From contig SKMN01000012.1 in the NCBI GenBank assembly GCA_007121015.1, positions 150 through 64,149 on the forward strand: a stretch of 64,000 bases of DNA, in the 5' to 3' direction. Made by a program: the position numbers and the translations under genes. Under the pieces are notes generated by a model that worked only from the letters and a program-made list of their open reading frames with translations, was not told the origin of the DNA and did no database searches. This stretch comes from Coriobacteriia bacterium (GTDB lineage: Bacteria > Actinomycetota > Coriobacteriia > Anaerosomatales > SLCP01). This document shows, piece by piece, positions 53,894-62,114 of this stretch (the stretch's first letter is position 1; each line of letters starts with the position of its first letter).

Positions 53894-54642
53894 CAGCTCG
53901 CCTCCATCTGCAGAAAGATCATGGCGAGGACGGCAGCGCCACCCAGGGCGATTCCGACCTCGAGAGCGATCAGCATGAGGTCGCGAACGATGCGGAGCGA
54001 GGGGTCGACAGGGAAGCCCAGGTAGACTCCGGTCAAAAGCGCACCGACGGCGCCAACCGCAGCGAACGTGAGTACCGCCGCACCCTGCATCCACGGGGCG
54101 AGAACCGGGCGTACGAGCGGTCGGGTCCGTTCCTTGCCGAGCACCATGGTGAGGGCGATGAACAGCCCGCCGAGAATGGCACCGCCCTGGAACCCACCAC
54201 CCGGGGTCACGTGACCGTGCAGTATCACGTACGCCGCGTAGAGGGCTGTGAACGGTGCGATGAGCCGCACGACGAAGTGCACGATGGGGCTCACCGGATG
54301 ATCGGGATGTCGCCTGTCCGCATCGCTTCGCCGAACACGGCCGTCGTGGTTGCTCGCGTCAGCATCTCGCGTGCTAGCAACGGTGAGCACGGCGAGTACG
54401 GCGATGAGCGCCGTGAAAATCACCGTGACCTCACCGGCAGCGTCGAGTCCACGGTAGTTCAACAAGACGCCCGTCACGAGGTTGGACGCGCCGGCCTCTT
54501 CCACGCCATGCTCGATGTATCGTGCCGACACGTGAGTGTGTACGGGTGCGGAAGGATCGCCGTGGACTGGAAGTCCTGCTACTCCCGCCAGCAGAGGGAC
54601 AGCAGCGAGAAAGGCGAGGGATATGGCGATGGGCCTCCTCAC
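53893..54642 (-). CDS. mrpB: MrpB/MnhB subunit
   Basis: NLVTGVLLNYRGLDAAGEVTVIF...HVTPGGGFQGGAILG. GTGA overlap with the preceding gene. The upstream part of ORF 53893..55221 is not coding. Confidence 0.82.
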   Translation of the reverse strand: MRRPIAISLAFLAAVPLLAGVAGLPVHGDPSAPVHTHVSARYIEHGVEEAGASNLVTGVLLNYRGLDAAGEVTVIFTALIAVLAVLTVASTRDADASNHDGRVRRSDADRRHPDHPVSPIVHFVVRLIAPFTALYAAYVILHGHVTPGGGFQGGAILGGLFIALTMVLGKERTRPLVRPVLAPWMQGAAVLTFAAVGAVGALLTGVYLGFPVDPSLRIVRDLMLIALEVGIALGGAAVLAMIFLQMEAS

Positions 54643-54881
54643 TTCTCTCGCCTCGTCGTCCGGCCGATGGCTACGAGGAAGAGAACGGTCGTGATGCCGG
54701 CACCGACCGCCGCTTCGGTCATCGCCACGTCCGGTGCCCCGCGATACTGCCACAGCAGGCACAGCGCGAGACCGTAGGAGGAGAAGACGATCGACGCGGC
54801 GAGGAGGTCTTTGGCACGCGCGACCACCAGCGCTGCCGCGATCAGGTAGAGAAGCAGGAAGATGTCGAAGGTCAGGCTCAT
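54639..54881 (-). CDS. DUF4040 protein (stand-alone equivalent of the MrpA C-terminal domain; MbhD-like)
   Basis: 80 aa with three TM helices (LLLYLIAAALVVARAKDLLAASIVFSSYGL...PDVAMTEAAVGAGITTVLFL). It lies between mrpG and mrpB. Confidence 0.7.
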   Translation of the reverse strand: MSLTFDIFLLLYLIAAALVVARAKDLLAASIVFSSYGLALCLLWQYRGAPDVAMTEAAVGAGITTVLFLVAIGRTTRREK

Positions 54882-54884
54882 GAC

Positions 54885-55211
54885 TCACTCCTCCTCGGCA
54901 TGCCAGGGGACCAATCCTGTGCGGTGAGCAGCTCGTGCCAGTGCGTGCCCCGTAGTGGGGCTGGAGAGCAGCACGAGGCCAGCAAGGACGATGATCTTTG
55001 CGGTGGAGGGCTCTGCCCCGTTGAGGACGATGAGAGCAGTGAGCAGCAGGCCGGCGCCCACCGTGTCGCACTTCGTGGCCGCGTGTACGCGAGAGAAGAA
55101 GTCGGGTAGTCGCAGCAGCCCCACCGTCCCGAGCAGGAAGAAGGCCGCTCCGGCGGCAGCGAGGACGACGATCGTCGCGAAGCGGATGTCGCCGACACCG
55201 ATCATGACCAA
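54885..55211 (-). CDS. mrpG: MrpG/MnhG subunit
   Basis: LLGTVGLLRLPDFFSRVHAATKCDTVGAG is the MnhG signature. Confidence 0.88.
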   Translation of the reverse strand: MVMIGVGDIRFATIVVLAAAGAAFFLLGTVGLLRLPDFFSRVHAATKCDTVGAGLLLTALIVLNGAEPSTAKIIVLAGLVLLSSPTTGHALARAAHRTGLVPWHAEEE

Positions 55212-55477
55212 TCACCAGCAAGACGTCCGGTCTCGAGAAAGCGGCTGGCAGTGATGGTGATGACGAAGTTCAACAACCCGTAGACGAGTGCGACATCGAG
55301 AAGCATGTCCCTGCCGAAAGCCATCGCCAGGACCACGAGTAGGACGAGGGTCTTGGTACCGATGATGTTCACGGCAAGTACGCGGTCCACCACCGTTGGG
55401 CCCGTTGTGGCCCGCCAGAGACACGCGAATGCATTGACGAGCAGGAATATCCCGAGGCCCCATACGAGCGTTACCAC
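55202..55477 (-). CDS. mrpF: MrpF/MnhF subunit
   Basis: ATTGPTVVDRVLAVNIIGTKTLVLLV is the MnhF signature; 91 aa. Confidence 0.88.
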   Translation of the reverse strand: MVTLVWGLGIFLLVNAFACLWRATTGPTVVDRVLAVNIIGTKTLVLLVVLAMAFGRDMLLDVALVYGLLNFVITITASRFLETGRLAGDWS

Positions 55478-55483
55478 AGGTCG

Positions 55484-55972
55484 TCACTCCTCGAAGATGC
55501 GGGAGATTCGTCGCGCAAGATCACCGCGCGAGATGTCATCGGCGAAGCTGGCGTCGAGACAGTGGATGAGAAATCGGTCGTCTTCTACGTCGATCACCAC
55601 CGCACCTGGCGTCATGCCGATCGAGTTCGCGTACGCGACACGCGAAACCTCGCGCTCGAATCTGGCGCGGTGTTCGACCGTCACCGGGGCCAACGGCATG
55701 CGAGGGTCGAGGACGATGCGGGCAACATGTGTCGCTGCGAGAAGCATGTGTGCGAGCAGGTAGGGGACGAATAGCAGCAGTCGGGATGTGTGTCCGAGAG
55801 TGAGCAGGGGGGCGTCGTCTGTCCACAACAGCCGTGCCGCGAGTACGCCGAGGAGGCTGGATAAGGCGAGTCCCGTGACCAGGTCGGCTGCAGCGATCGA
55901 TCCGGTCAGGACGAGCCAGAACGCGAAAAGCGCCACCGATGCCTGCACGGCCTTCACTGTCGGCCTCCTCAA
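55484..55972 (-). CDS. mrpE: MrpE/MnhE subunit
   Basis: ALFAFWLVLTGS...NSIGMTPGAVVIDV is an MnhE-like pattern. It is the first gene of the minus-strand operon. Confidence 0.8.
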   Translation of the reverse strand: MRRPTVKAVQASVALFAFWLVLTGSIAAADLVTGLALSSLLGVLAARLLWTDDAPLLTLGHTSRLLLFVPYLLAHMLLAATHVARIVLDPRMPLAPVTVEHRARFEREVSRVAYANSIGMTPGAVVIDVEDDRFLIHCLDASFADDISRGDLARRISRIFEE

Positions 55973-56031
55973 GCCTTGGCGGAAACTCCCGTCAGGCCTC
56001 CCTCATACTGGCTCAGCCACAGTCGTCTACG

Positions 56032-56052
56032 GTGCTCATACCCGTTGAGCAC
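56032..56052. promoter_or_regulatory. Perfect 7-N7-7 palindrome in the mrpE/gltS divergent intergenic region (candidate operator)
   Basis: GTGCTCA-TACCCGT-TGAGCAC, 60 nt upstream of the mrpE start and 73 nt upstream of the gltS start. Confidence 0.45.
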
Positions 56053-56124
56053 ACGTTGCACCTGCGCAGCTCGTCGACGTCATCCGGCACAAGCAATCGC
56101 GCGCATTGGGTAATACACACCTAC

Positions 56125-57546
56125 ATGGGAGTCGCGCAGACACTGATAGCGCTCGGGTGGGCGACGGGGTTCGTGGTGGCGGCGAAGGTCGCTCACCGGC
56201 ATGTGAAGGTGTTTCGGACGCTCTTCATCCCGAGTTCGGTCATCGCCGGCATCGCGGCGCTGCTCATCGGGCCGCAGGTGCTCGGTGCGCTCGCGACGTC
56301 GCTGGAGTGGGGCGACCCCTTTGCGGGCGGGCTCGTTCCAGAGAGCGTGCTCGACGTGTGGTCGGCGATACCTGGACTCCTCATCAACGTGGTGTTCGCC
56401 GCGCTCTTCCTCGGCAAGAGGATCCCGCCGCTGCGCGACATCATCCGAATCGCCGGTCCGCAGGTCGCGCTCGGCCAGAGCATGGCGTGGGGGCAGTACG
56501 TCGTGGGCATCCTGCTGGCGATCGCGGTCCTGCAGCCGGTGTTTGGGATGAACCCGGCAGCCGGGGCGCTCATAGAGATCGGCTTCGAGGGTGGCCACGG
56601 CACGGCTGCCGCGCTCGAGTCGACGTTCGCGGAGTTCGATTTCGCCGAGGGCTCCGATCTCGCGCTCGGGCTCGCGACGTTCGGGCTCGTCGCAGGAGTG
56701 CTCTCGGGGCTCGCGATCATCAACTGGGGTCTTCGCACCGGGCGGATCGACCGCGAGCTGATCGAGGGCGACGGGATGCCTGCGGAAGAGGAGGCGGAGT
56801 CGCTCGGAGAGTTCGACGAGCGCGAGCATGATCAGGGCGATCCTCACGAGGACGTCGCGATCGATCCGCTCTCGGTGCACCTCGGGCTCATCGCCGTGGC
56901 CATCGCGCTCGGCTGGCTGCTGCAGCAGGGGCTCATCGCGCTCGAGGCCGCGACGTGGGCGCGCGATGACGGACTCGAGCTGTTCCGCCATATCCCGCTC
57001 TTCCCGCTCGCGATGATCGGGGGTCTGGCCCTCCAGATCGGGCTCACCCGGCTCGGCGACGCGGGACCGCACGTCGATCGCGCACTCGTGAACCGCGTCT
57101 CCGGCGCTTCGCTCGATCTCGTCATCGTCACGGCGCTCGGCACACTCTCGCTCGCGGTGCTCGGGGACAACATCGCGCCGCTGCTCATCTTGGCGGTAGC
57201 CGGACTCACCTGGAGCGTCGTCGCATTGCTGGTGCTTGCCCCGCGCATCGTCCCGGACCACCCTTATCAGCGGGGATTGGCGGATTTCGGGCAGTCGACC
57301 GGCATGACCGTGACCGGTCTGCTCCTCGTACGGATGGTCGACCCCGATGGCCGCACGAAGGCGATGGAGGGCTTCGGCTACAAGCAACTCCTCTTCGAGC
57401 CATTCGTGGGCGGCGGGCTGTTCACCGCGATCTCCGTGCCGCTCATCGTGCAGCTTGGCCCGTGGCCGGTGCTCGGCATCACCGCAGCTCTCATGGTCAT
57501 CTCGATGGGGGTCGGGATCCGCTTCTTCGGCCCGGACGGGCGCTAG
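56125..57546 (+). CDS. gltS: Sodium/glutamate symporter GltS-family protein
   Basis: FIPSSVIAGIAALLIGPQVLG and IEIGFEGGHGTAAAL motifs. It is polytopic. The ORF-track start at 55939 is upstream of the likely ATG 56125. Confidence 0.75.
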   Translation: MGVAQTLIALGWATGFVVAAKVAHRHVKVFRTLFIPSSVIAGIAALLIGPQVLGALATSLEWGDPFAGGLVPESVLDVWSAIPGLLINVVFAALFLGKRIPPLRDIIRIAGPQVALGQSMAWGQYVVGILLAIAVLQPVFGMNPAAGALIEIGFEGGHGTAAALESTFAEFDFAEGSDLALGLATFGLVAGVLSGLAIINWGLRTGRIDRELIEGDGMPAEEEAESLGEFDEREHDQGDPHEDVAIDPLSVHLGLIAVAIALGWLLQQGLIALEAATWARDDGLELFRHIPLFPLAMIGGLALQIGLTRLGDAGPHVDRALVNRVSGASLDLVIVTALGTLSLAVLGDNIAPLLILAVAGLTWSVVALLVLAPRIVPDHPYQRGLADFGQSTGMTVTGLLLVRMVDPDGRTKAMEGFGYKQLLFEPFVGGGLFTAISVPLIVQLGPWPVLGITAALMVISMGVGIRFFGPDGR

Positions 57547-57569
57547 GAACGGGCTGTAAAGGCCCGGTT
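57546..57569 (+). terminator. Hairpin at the gltS stop
   Basis: GAACGGGC-UGUAAAG-GCCCG(G)UUC, followed by GCACCCGUUUGUU. Confidence 0.4.
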
Positions 57570-57578
57570 CGCACCCGT

Positions 57579-57587
57579 TTGTTATGA
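57579..57587 (+). promoter_or_regulatory. Extended -10 promoter element upstream of ablA
   Basis: TGtTATGAT (TGnTATAAT-like), about 83 nt upstream of the ablA start. Confidence 0.4.
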
Positions 57588-57669
57588 TAGAAGGGACTCA
57601 AGGGTGCACATTTCGGGGTAGACGTGTGCGCCCGAGCCCTGTCCCCGGCCTTTGGGAGGCCCTATAGCT

Positions 57670-58992
57670 GTGGGTATACACGAGACCCGGCTCGAAGCCG
57701 TCGCCGCGCGCATCGAAGGCGCCGACGACCCCGCCCGCTGGCGGGACTGGCGATGGCAGCTCCGTAACTCGCTTACGACCCTCGACGCTGTCGAGGAGGC
57801 GCTCGGCATCGAGTTCGATGCGGCCGAGCGCGTACTGCTCGAGGAGACACTCCAGCAGTTCCCGTTGTCGGTGACCCCGTACTACCTCTCGCTCATCGAC
57901 ACCGGCGACTTCCGAAACGACCCTGTGTTCCGGCAGGCGCTCCCGTCAGACGAGGAGATCGTCGTCGAGGAGCACGACATGGTCGACCCGCTCGCCGAAG
58001 ACCAGGACAGTCCGGTACCGCTCATCACACATCGGTATCCTGACCGGGTGCTCTTCCGCGTGAGCAACACGTGCTCGATGTATTGTCGCCACTGCACGCG
58101 GAAGCGCACCGTGGGAGACAGGGACTGCGTCCCGACGACAGAAGAGCTCGCGGACGCGCTCGACTACATCCGCGCCACGCCGGGCGTGCGCGACGTGCTG
58201 CTGTCCGGCGGCGACCCGCTCATGCTCTCCGACGACCGCCTCGACGAGATCCTCTCGGCGCTCGACGCTATCGAGCACGTCGAGGTGGTGCGGATCGGTA
58301 CCCGTATGCCAGCGGTGCTCCCGTACCGCATCACCGACGAGTTCTGCGAGATGCTTCGGCGCCATCGGCCGGTATGGCTCAACACGCATTTCAACCATCC
58401 CAAGGAGCTCACGCCTGATGCCGAGGAGGCCCTTGCGCGGCTCGCAGACGCGGGCGTACCCCTCGGCAACCAGACGGTGCTCCTCGCAGGCGTCAACGAC
58501 TGCTCGCGCATCATGTTGCGGCTCGTCCAGCGTCTTGTCGCCAACCGCGTGCGACCGTACTACCTCTACCAGTGCGACCTCTCTGAAGGACTCTCGCACT
58601 TCCGCACGCCGGTCGGTAAAGGCATCGAGATCGTCGAGAGCCTCATAGGTCATACGAGCGGGTTCGCGGTACCTACGTACGTCGTGGACGCCCCGCACGG
58701 GGGCGGCAAGATCCCGGTAATGCCCAACTACATCGTGTCGTGGGCATCGGACAGGGTCGTGCTGCGCAACTACGAGGGCGTCATCTGCACGTATCGCGAG
58801 CCGGATCGCTACAAGCGCGCAGCGTGCAACGAGGAGTGCGACGACTGCGAGCGCTCGGTCGCCGCAGGCTGCCGCGGCCACGAGTCGAGCGGGGTCGCCG
58901 GACTGATGCGTGAGTGCGACCCGGTCGAAGCGCTCGTGCCGAGCACCAACGAGCGGCACCAGCGCCGCGAGGGAGTGTCCGCCGATGAGTGA
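57670..58992 (+). CDS. ablA: Lysine 2,3-aminomutase (radical SAM, KamA/AblA)
   Basis: [12 protein letters not shown] (the CxxxCxxC radical-SAM cluster), [10 protein letters not shown] and [11 protein letters not shown] 57670 lies 9 nt after GGGAGG. Confidence 0.9.
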   Translation: MGIHETRLEAVAARIEGADDPARWRDWRWQLRNSLTTLDAVEEALGIEFDAAERVLLEETLQQFPLSVTPYYLSLIDTGDFRNDPVFRQALPSDEEIVVEEHDMVDPLAEDQDSPVPLITHRYPDRVLFRVSNTCSMYCRHCTRKRTVGDRDCVPTTEELADALDYIRATPGVRDVLLSGGDPLMLSDDRLDEILSALDAIEHVEVVRIGTRMPAVLPYRITDEFCEMLRRHRPVWLNTHFNHPKELTPDAEEALARLADAGVPLGNQTVLLAGVNDCSRIMLRLVQRLVANRVRPYYLYQCDLSEGLSHFRTPVGKGIEIVESLIGHTSGFAVPTYVVDAPHGGGKIPVMPNYIVSWASDRVVLRNYEGVICTYREPDRYKRAACNEECDDCERSVAAGCRGHESSGVAGLMRECDPVEALVPSTNERHQRREGVSADE

Positions 58993-59863
58993 CGCGACCG
59001 CATGTGCCGTCGCACGCGACCGCACGGAACCCATCGGCGGCGCGCTCGTGCATCACGGGACGGCGAGCGACCGAGCCTACCTCGTGAAGGCAGGTCCCGA
59101 CGCGGCCTCCGATGTAGCCGTGCTCGAGCGGCTTGCCCGCGAGCACGGCTACGGCAAGCTGTTCGCGAAGATCACCACGGAGGCCCTCGAGCCGTTCCAG
59201 GCGGCGGGCTTCGCGGTCGAAGCACGGGTCCCGCTCGCCGACCGTGACGACGAGCTGCTGTTCTGCTCGCGCTTCGTCGATCCGGAGCGTGCTCGGGGAG
59301 GCGACCGCGCACGCCTGGAGCAGGTGCTGGCCGAGTGTGCCGTCGCCAACGTGCATTCTCAGGTCGACGACGGTGCCACCTCTCCGCCGGTCGACGTGCG
59401 CGTCGCCGGTCCGACCGAGGTGGACGAGATCGCCCGGCTCTATGCCGAGGTGTTCGAGAGCTACCCGTTCGACATCGACGATCCCGGATTTCTTGCGGAT
59501 GCGATGAGCGAAGGCACCGTGTTCGCCGTCGTGAGCGAGAAAGAGCGTATCGTTGCCGCCGCATCCGCGGAGATCGATGTGGCCACCGCAAGCTGTGAGA
59601 TGACCGACTTCGCCACCGCTCCTGCCCGGCGCGGCCGGGGGCTTGCATCGTCGCTGCTCCACGCGTTGGAGACCGAGGCAGCCGCTCGTGGCTGCGCGAC
59701 CGCATACACGATCGCGCGGGCGACCTCGGCCAGCATGAATGTTGTGTTCGCGCGGCGCGGCTACGGGTTCGGCGGGACGCTCGTCAACAACACGGGGATC
59801 TGCGGTCGTGTGGAGAGCATGAACGTGTGGTACCGCAGTTTGCATATCGATACTCACGGTTAG
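58985..59863 (+). CDS. ablB: Beta-lysine N6-acetyltransferase (GNAT, AblB-like)
   Basis: The start overlaps the ablA stop (ATGAGTGA). About 290 aa with a C-terminal GNAT core ([18 protein letters not shown]) and a terminal motif [10 protein letters not shown]. The pairing with kamA is the abl operon arrangement. Confidence 0.75.
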   Translation: MSDATACAVARDRTEPIGGALVHHGTASDRAYLVKAGPDAASDVAVLERLAREHGYGKLFAKITTEALEPFQAAGFAVEARVPLADRDDELLFCSRFVDPERARGGDRARLEQVLAECAVANVHSQVDDGATSPPVDVRVAGPTEVDEIARLYAEVFESYPFDIDDPGFLADAMSEGTVFAVVSEKERIVAAASAEIDVATASCEMTDFATAPARRGRGLASSLLHALETEAAARGCATAYTIARATSASMNVVFARRGYGFGGTLVNNTGICGRVESMNVWYRSLHIDTHG

Positions 59864-60081
59864 ACTATACTGTACGCGTCGAGTGCCTGTACCGGGGGCC
59901 GAGCGGCTCGTTCGTCGACGGCTCCCCGCTCTGATCGAACACCCGCACCGGACCCATGAGGTGCGGCTGCTGCGAGACCGCCTGGAGCGACCGCCGTATC
60001 GCGGCGCCTCAGTTCCGGCCAGTGTAGGCGGTGGTGTGCGGCGCGAGTGCGGGTGCGATAGCGAACCGATAGGGAGTGAGA

Positions 60082-61443
60082 ATGCCGAAGACCGATGCCA
60101 ACCTGGAGAGGTGGAGCCGGATCGCCGAAGCCAATAGCGGTTTCGATCCGGAGTACTTCGTCAAGCACGACGTGAAACGCGGCCTGCGGGACGAGTCAGG
60201 TCGAGGAGTCGTAGCGGGGCTCACCCAGGTGGGCGACGTCATCGGCTACTCGACCGACACAGGTACGAGCCACCCGGCGCCTGGAGAGCTGCTCTACCGG
60301 GGCATCGAGGTCACCGACATCGTCAATGGGTTCGCGTCAGGCGGGCGTCAGGGCTTCGAGGAGATATCCTACCTCCTGCTCTTTGGGGACCTGCCCGATC
60401 CAACCGAGCTCCATGAGTTCGAGCAGACGCTCGCCTCGTACCGGAAGCTTCCCCGGCAATTCGTCCACGACGCGATCCTGGACATGCCGAGTAACGACGT
60501 CATGAACGCGCTTGCGCGTAGCGTGCTCTCCCTCTACACGCTCGACAAGCGAGCCGAGGACCTGTCGATCCCCAACGTGCTGAGGCAGAGCCTGCACCTC
60601 ATCTCCAAGATGCCGATGCTCTCCGTCTACGCGTACCAGGCGTATCTCGATGCGGTACACGGCCGCAGCCTTGTCATGCACCGCCCGCTCCCCGAGCTCT
60701 CCACCGCCGAGAACTTCCTGCACATGCTACGGCCGGACAGCAAGTACACCGAGCTCGAGGCCACGCTGCTCGACCTCGCACTCGTCGTCCACGCCGAGCA
60801 CGGTGGCGGCAACAACTCGACGTTCACGACCCGCGTCGTCACGTCGACCGGTACGGACACGTACTCGGTGGTCGCGGCCGCGCTGGGGTCGCTCAAGGGT
60901 CCCCGGCACGGTGGCGCCAACATCAAGGCGCTGCAGATGCTCGAGGACCTGCGCAAGAGGGTGCGCGACTGGCAGGACGAGGACGAGATCGAGGCATACC
61001 TCCTCGGCGTGTTGAACAAGGAGCGCTTCGACAAGGCGGGCCTCATCTACGGTATGGGACACCCGGTCTACTCGATCTCCGACCCGCGTGCGGTCATCCT
61101 CAAGCAGTACGCGGAGATGCTCGCCCGCGAGAAGGACCTCGAGCCGGAGTTCGAGTTGTTCGAGCGCGTCGAACGGCTCGCGCCTCAGACGATCGCGAAG
61201 CACCGCACGATGTACAAGGGTGTCAGCGTGAACGTCGACTTCTACTCGGGCTTCGTGTACAAGATGCTCGGTATCCCGCAAGAGTTGTTCACGCCGCTGT
61301 TCGCCATCTCGCGCGTGGTGGGGTGGTGCGCGCACCGGATCGAGGAGATCGCGACCGGCGGGAAGATCATCAGGCCCGCCTACAAGGCCGTGGGGCCTCG
61401 TCGGACATACGTGCCGATAGGCGAGCGTCCGCCGGTGCAGTGA
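60082..61443 (+). CDS. Citrate synthase (or 2-methylcitrate synthase) family enzyme
   Basis: HAEHGGGNNSTF, GPRHGGAN, GMGHPVY and a VNVDFYSG-type motif. GGGAG lies upstream of ATG 60082. Confidence 0.88.
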   Translation: MPKTDANLERWSRIAEANSGFDPEYFVKHDVKRGLRDESGRGVVAGLTQVGDVIGYSTDTGTSHPAPGELLYRGIEVTDIVNGFASGGRQGFEEISYLLLFGDLPDPTELHEFEQTLASYRKLPRQFVHDAILDMPSNDVMNALARSVLSLYTLDKRAEDLSIPNVLRQSLHLISKMPMLSVYAYQAYLDAVHGRSLVMHRPLPELSTAENFLHMLRPDSKYTELEATLLDLALVVHAEHGGGNNSTFTTRVVTSTGTDTYSVVAAALGSLKGPRHGGANIKALQMLEDLRKRVRDWQDEDEIEAYLLGVLNKERFDKAGLIYGMGHPVYSISDPRAVILKQYAEMLAREKDLEPEFELFERVERLAPQTIAKHRTMYKGVSVNVDFYSGFVYKMLGIPQELFTPLFAISRVVGWCAHRIEEIATGGKIIRPAYKAVGPRRTYVPIGERPPVQ

Positions 61444-61447
61444 GGCG

Positions 61448-61996
61448 TTAGAGCCAGCCGAGGCCTGCGGCTACGCCGATACCGATAAGGAGTGCCCCCG
61501 AGACGATCTTCGCGCGGCGCTCCCAGTGGCGCCGCGACGCGTTCCCGATCTCGAGTCCGAGGAGCGTGAACGCCACGGCGAACACAGCGATGGTCGAGGC
61601 GACGAGGAGCGGGTTCGCTTTGGCGAGTCCGAGACTGAATCCGACGAGGAGGTTGTCGAAGCTCAGTCCGGCCGCAAGTAGGATGGTCCCACGCCAGCTC
61701 GTGATCTGGGAGGCGAGTGCGTCGGAGTGTTCGTGCAAGCGGGTCCCTGCCACGATGGTCCACACGCCGAGCGTCACGATAAGGACGGCGCCGATCGTGC
61801 CCGCTATAGTGCCGATGCGCTCGGCGACCGTCGCACCGAGCCAGATACCGAGGAGGGGGATCGCGAACTCGAATGCTCCGAACACCGGGACCACGCGGCC
61901 GCGGCGCTCGCGCTGCCCGTGGGCTCCGAGCGCGAGTGCGACCGCGAAGTTGTTCGAGCCGATGACGAATCCAAGTACGAGAAGGCTCCAGGCCAC
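61448..61996 (-). CDS. mntP: Manganese efflux pump MntP (DUF204)
   Basis: Two DUF204 repeats (GSNNFAVALALG and GLSFDNLLVGFSLG). GTG 61996 lies 5 nt after GGAGG. The upstream part of ORF 61448..62341 is not coding. Confidence 0.8.
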   Translation of the reverse strand: MAWSLLVLGFVIGSNNFAVALALGAHGQRERRGRVVPVFGAFEFAIPLLGIWLGATVAERIGTIAGTIGAVLIVTLGVWTIVAGTRLHEHSDALASQITSWRGTILLAAGLSFDNLLVGFSLGLAKANPLLVASTIAVFAVAFTLLGLEIGNASRRHWERRAKIVSGALLIGIGVAAGLGWL

Positions 61997-62114
61997 GCTG
62001 CCTCCGTGTGATCGTAGGGGCGTAGGCCTGAGTCTAGAAGGCGCGACCGGGTATCCACAACCCGGACTGCATCTGATAGCTGTACACGAGCGATCGCTCA
62101 TGGAGGTATGACAC

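Noticed and set aside
57547-57669. A lysine (L-box) riboswitch upstream of the lysine 2,3-aminomutase gene.
   Set aside because: The leader is only about 80 nt and lacks the five-helix L-box architecture and its conserved cores.
61997-62114. An expected yybP-ykoY manganese riboswitch upstream of mntP.
   Set aside because: Reading the minus-strand leader, I find no GGGGAGUAG or GAGACC-type conserved cores. There is only a short CCGGGU...ACCCGG hairpin.
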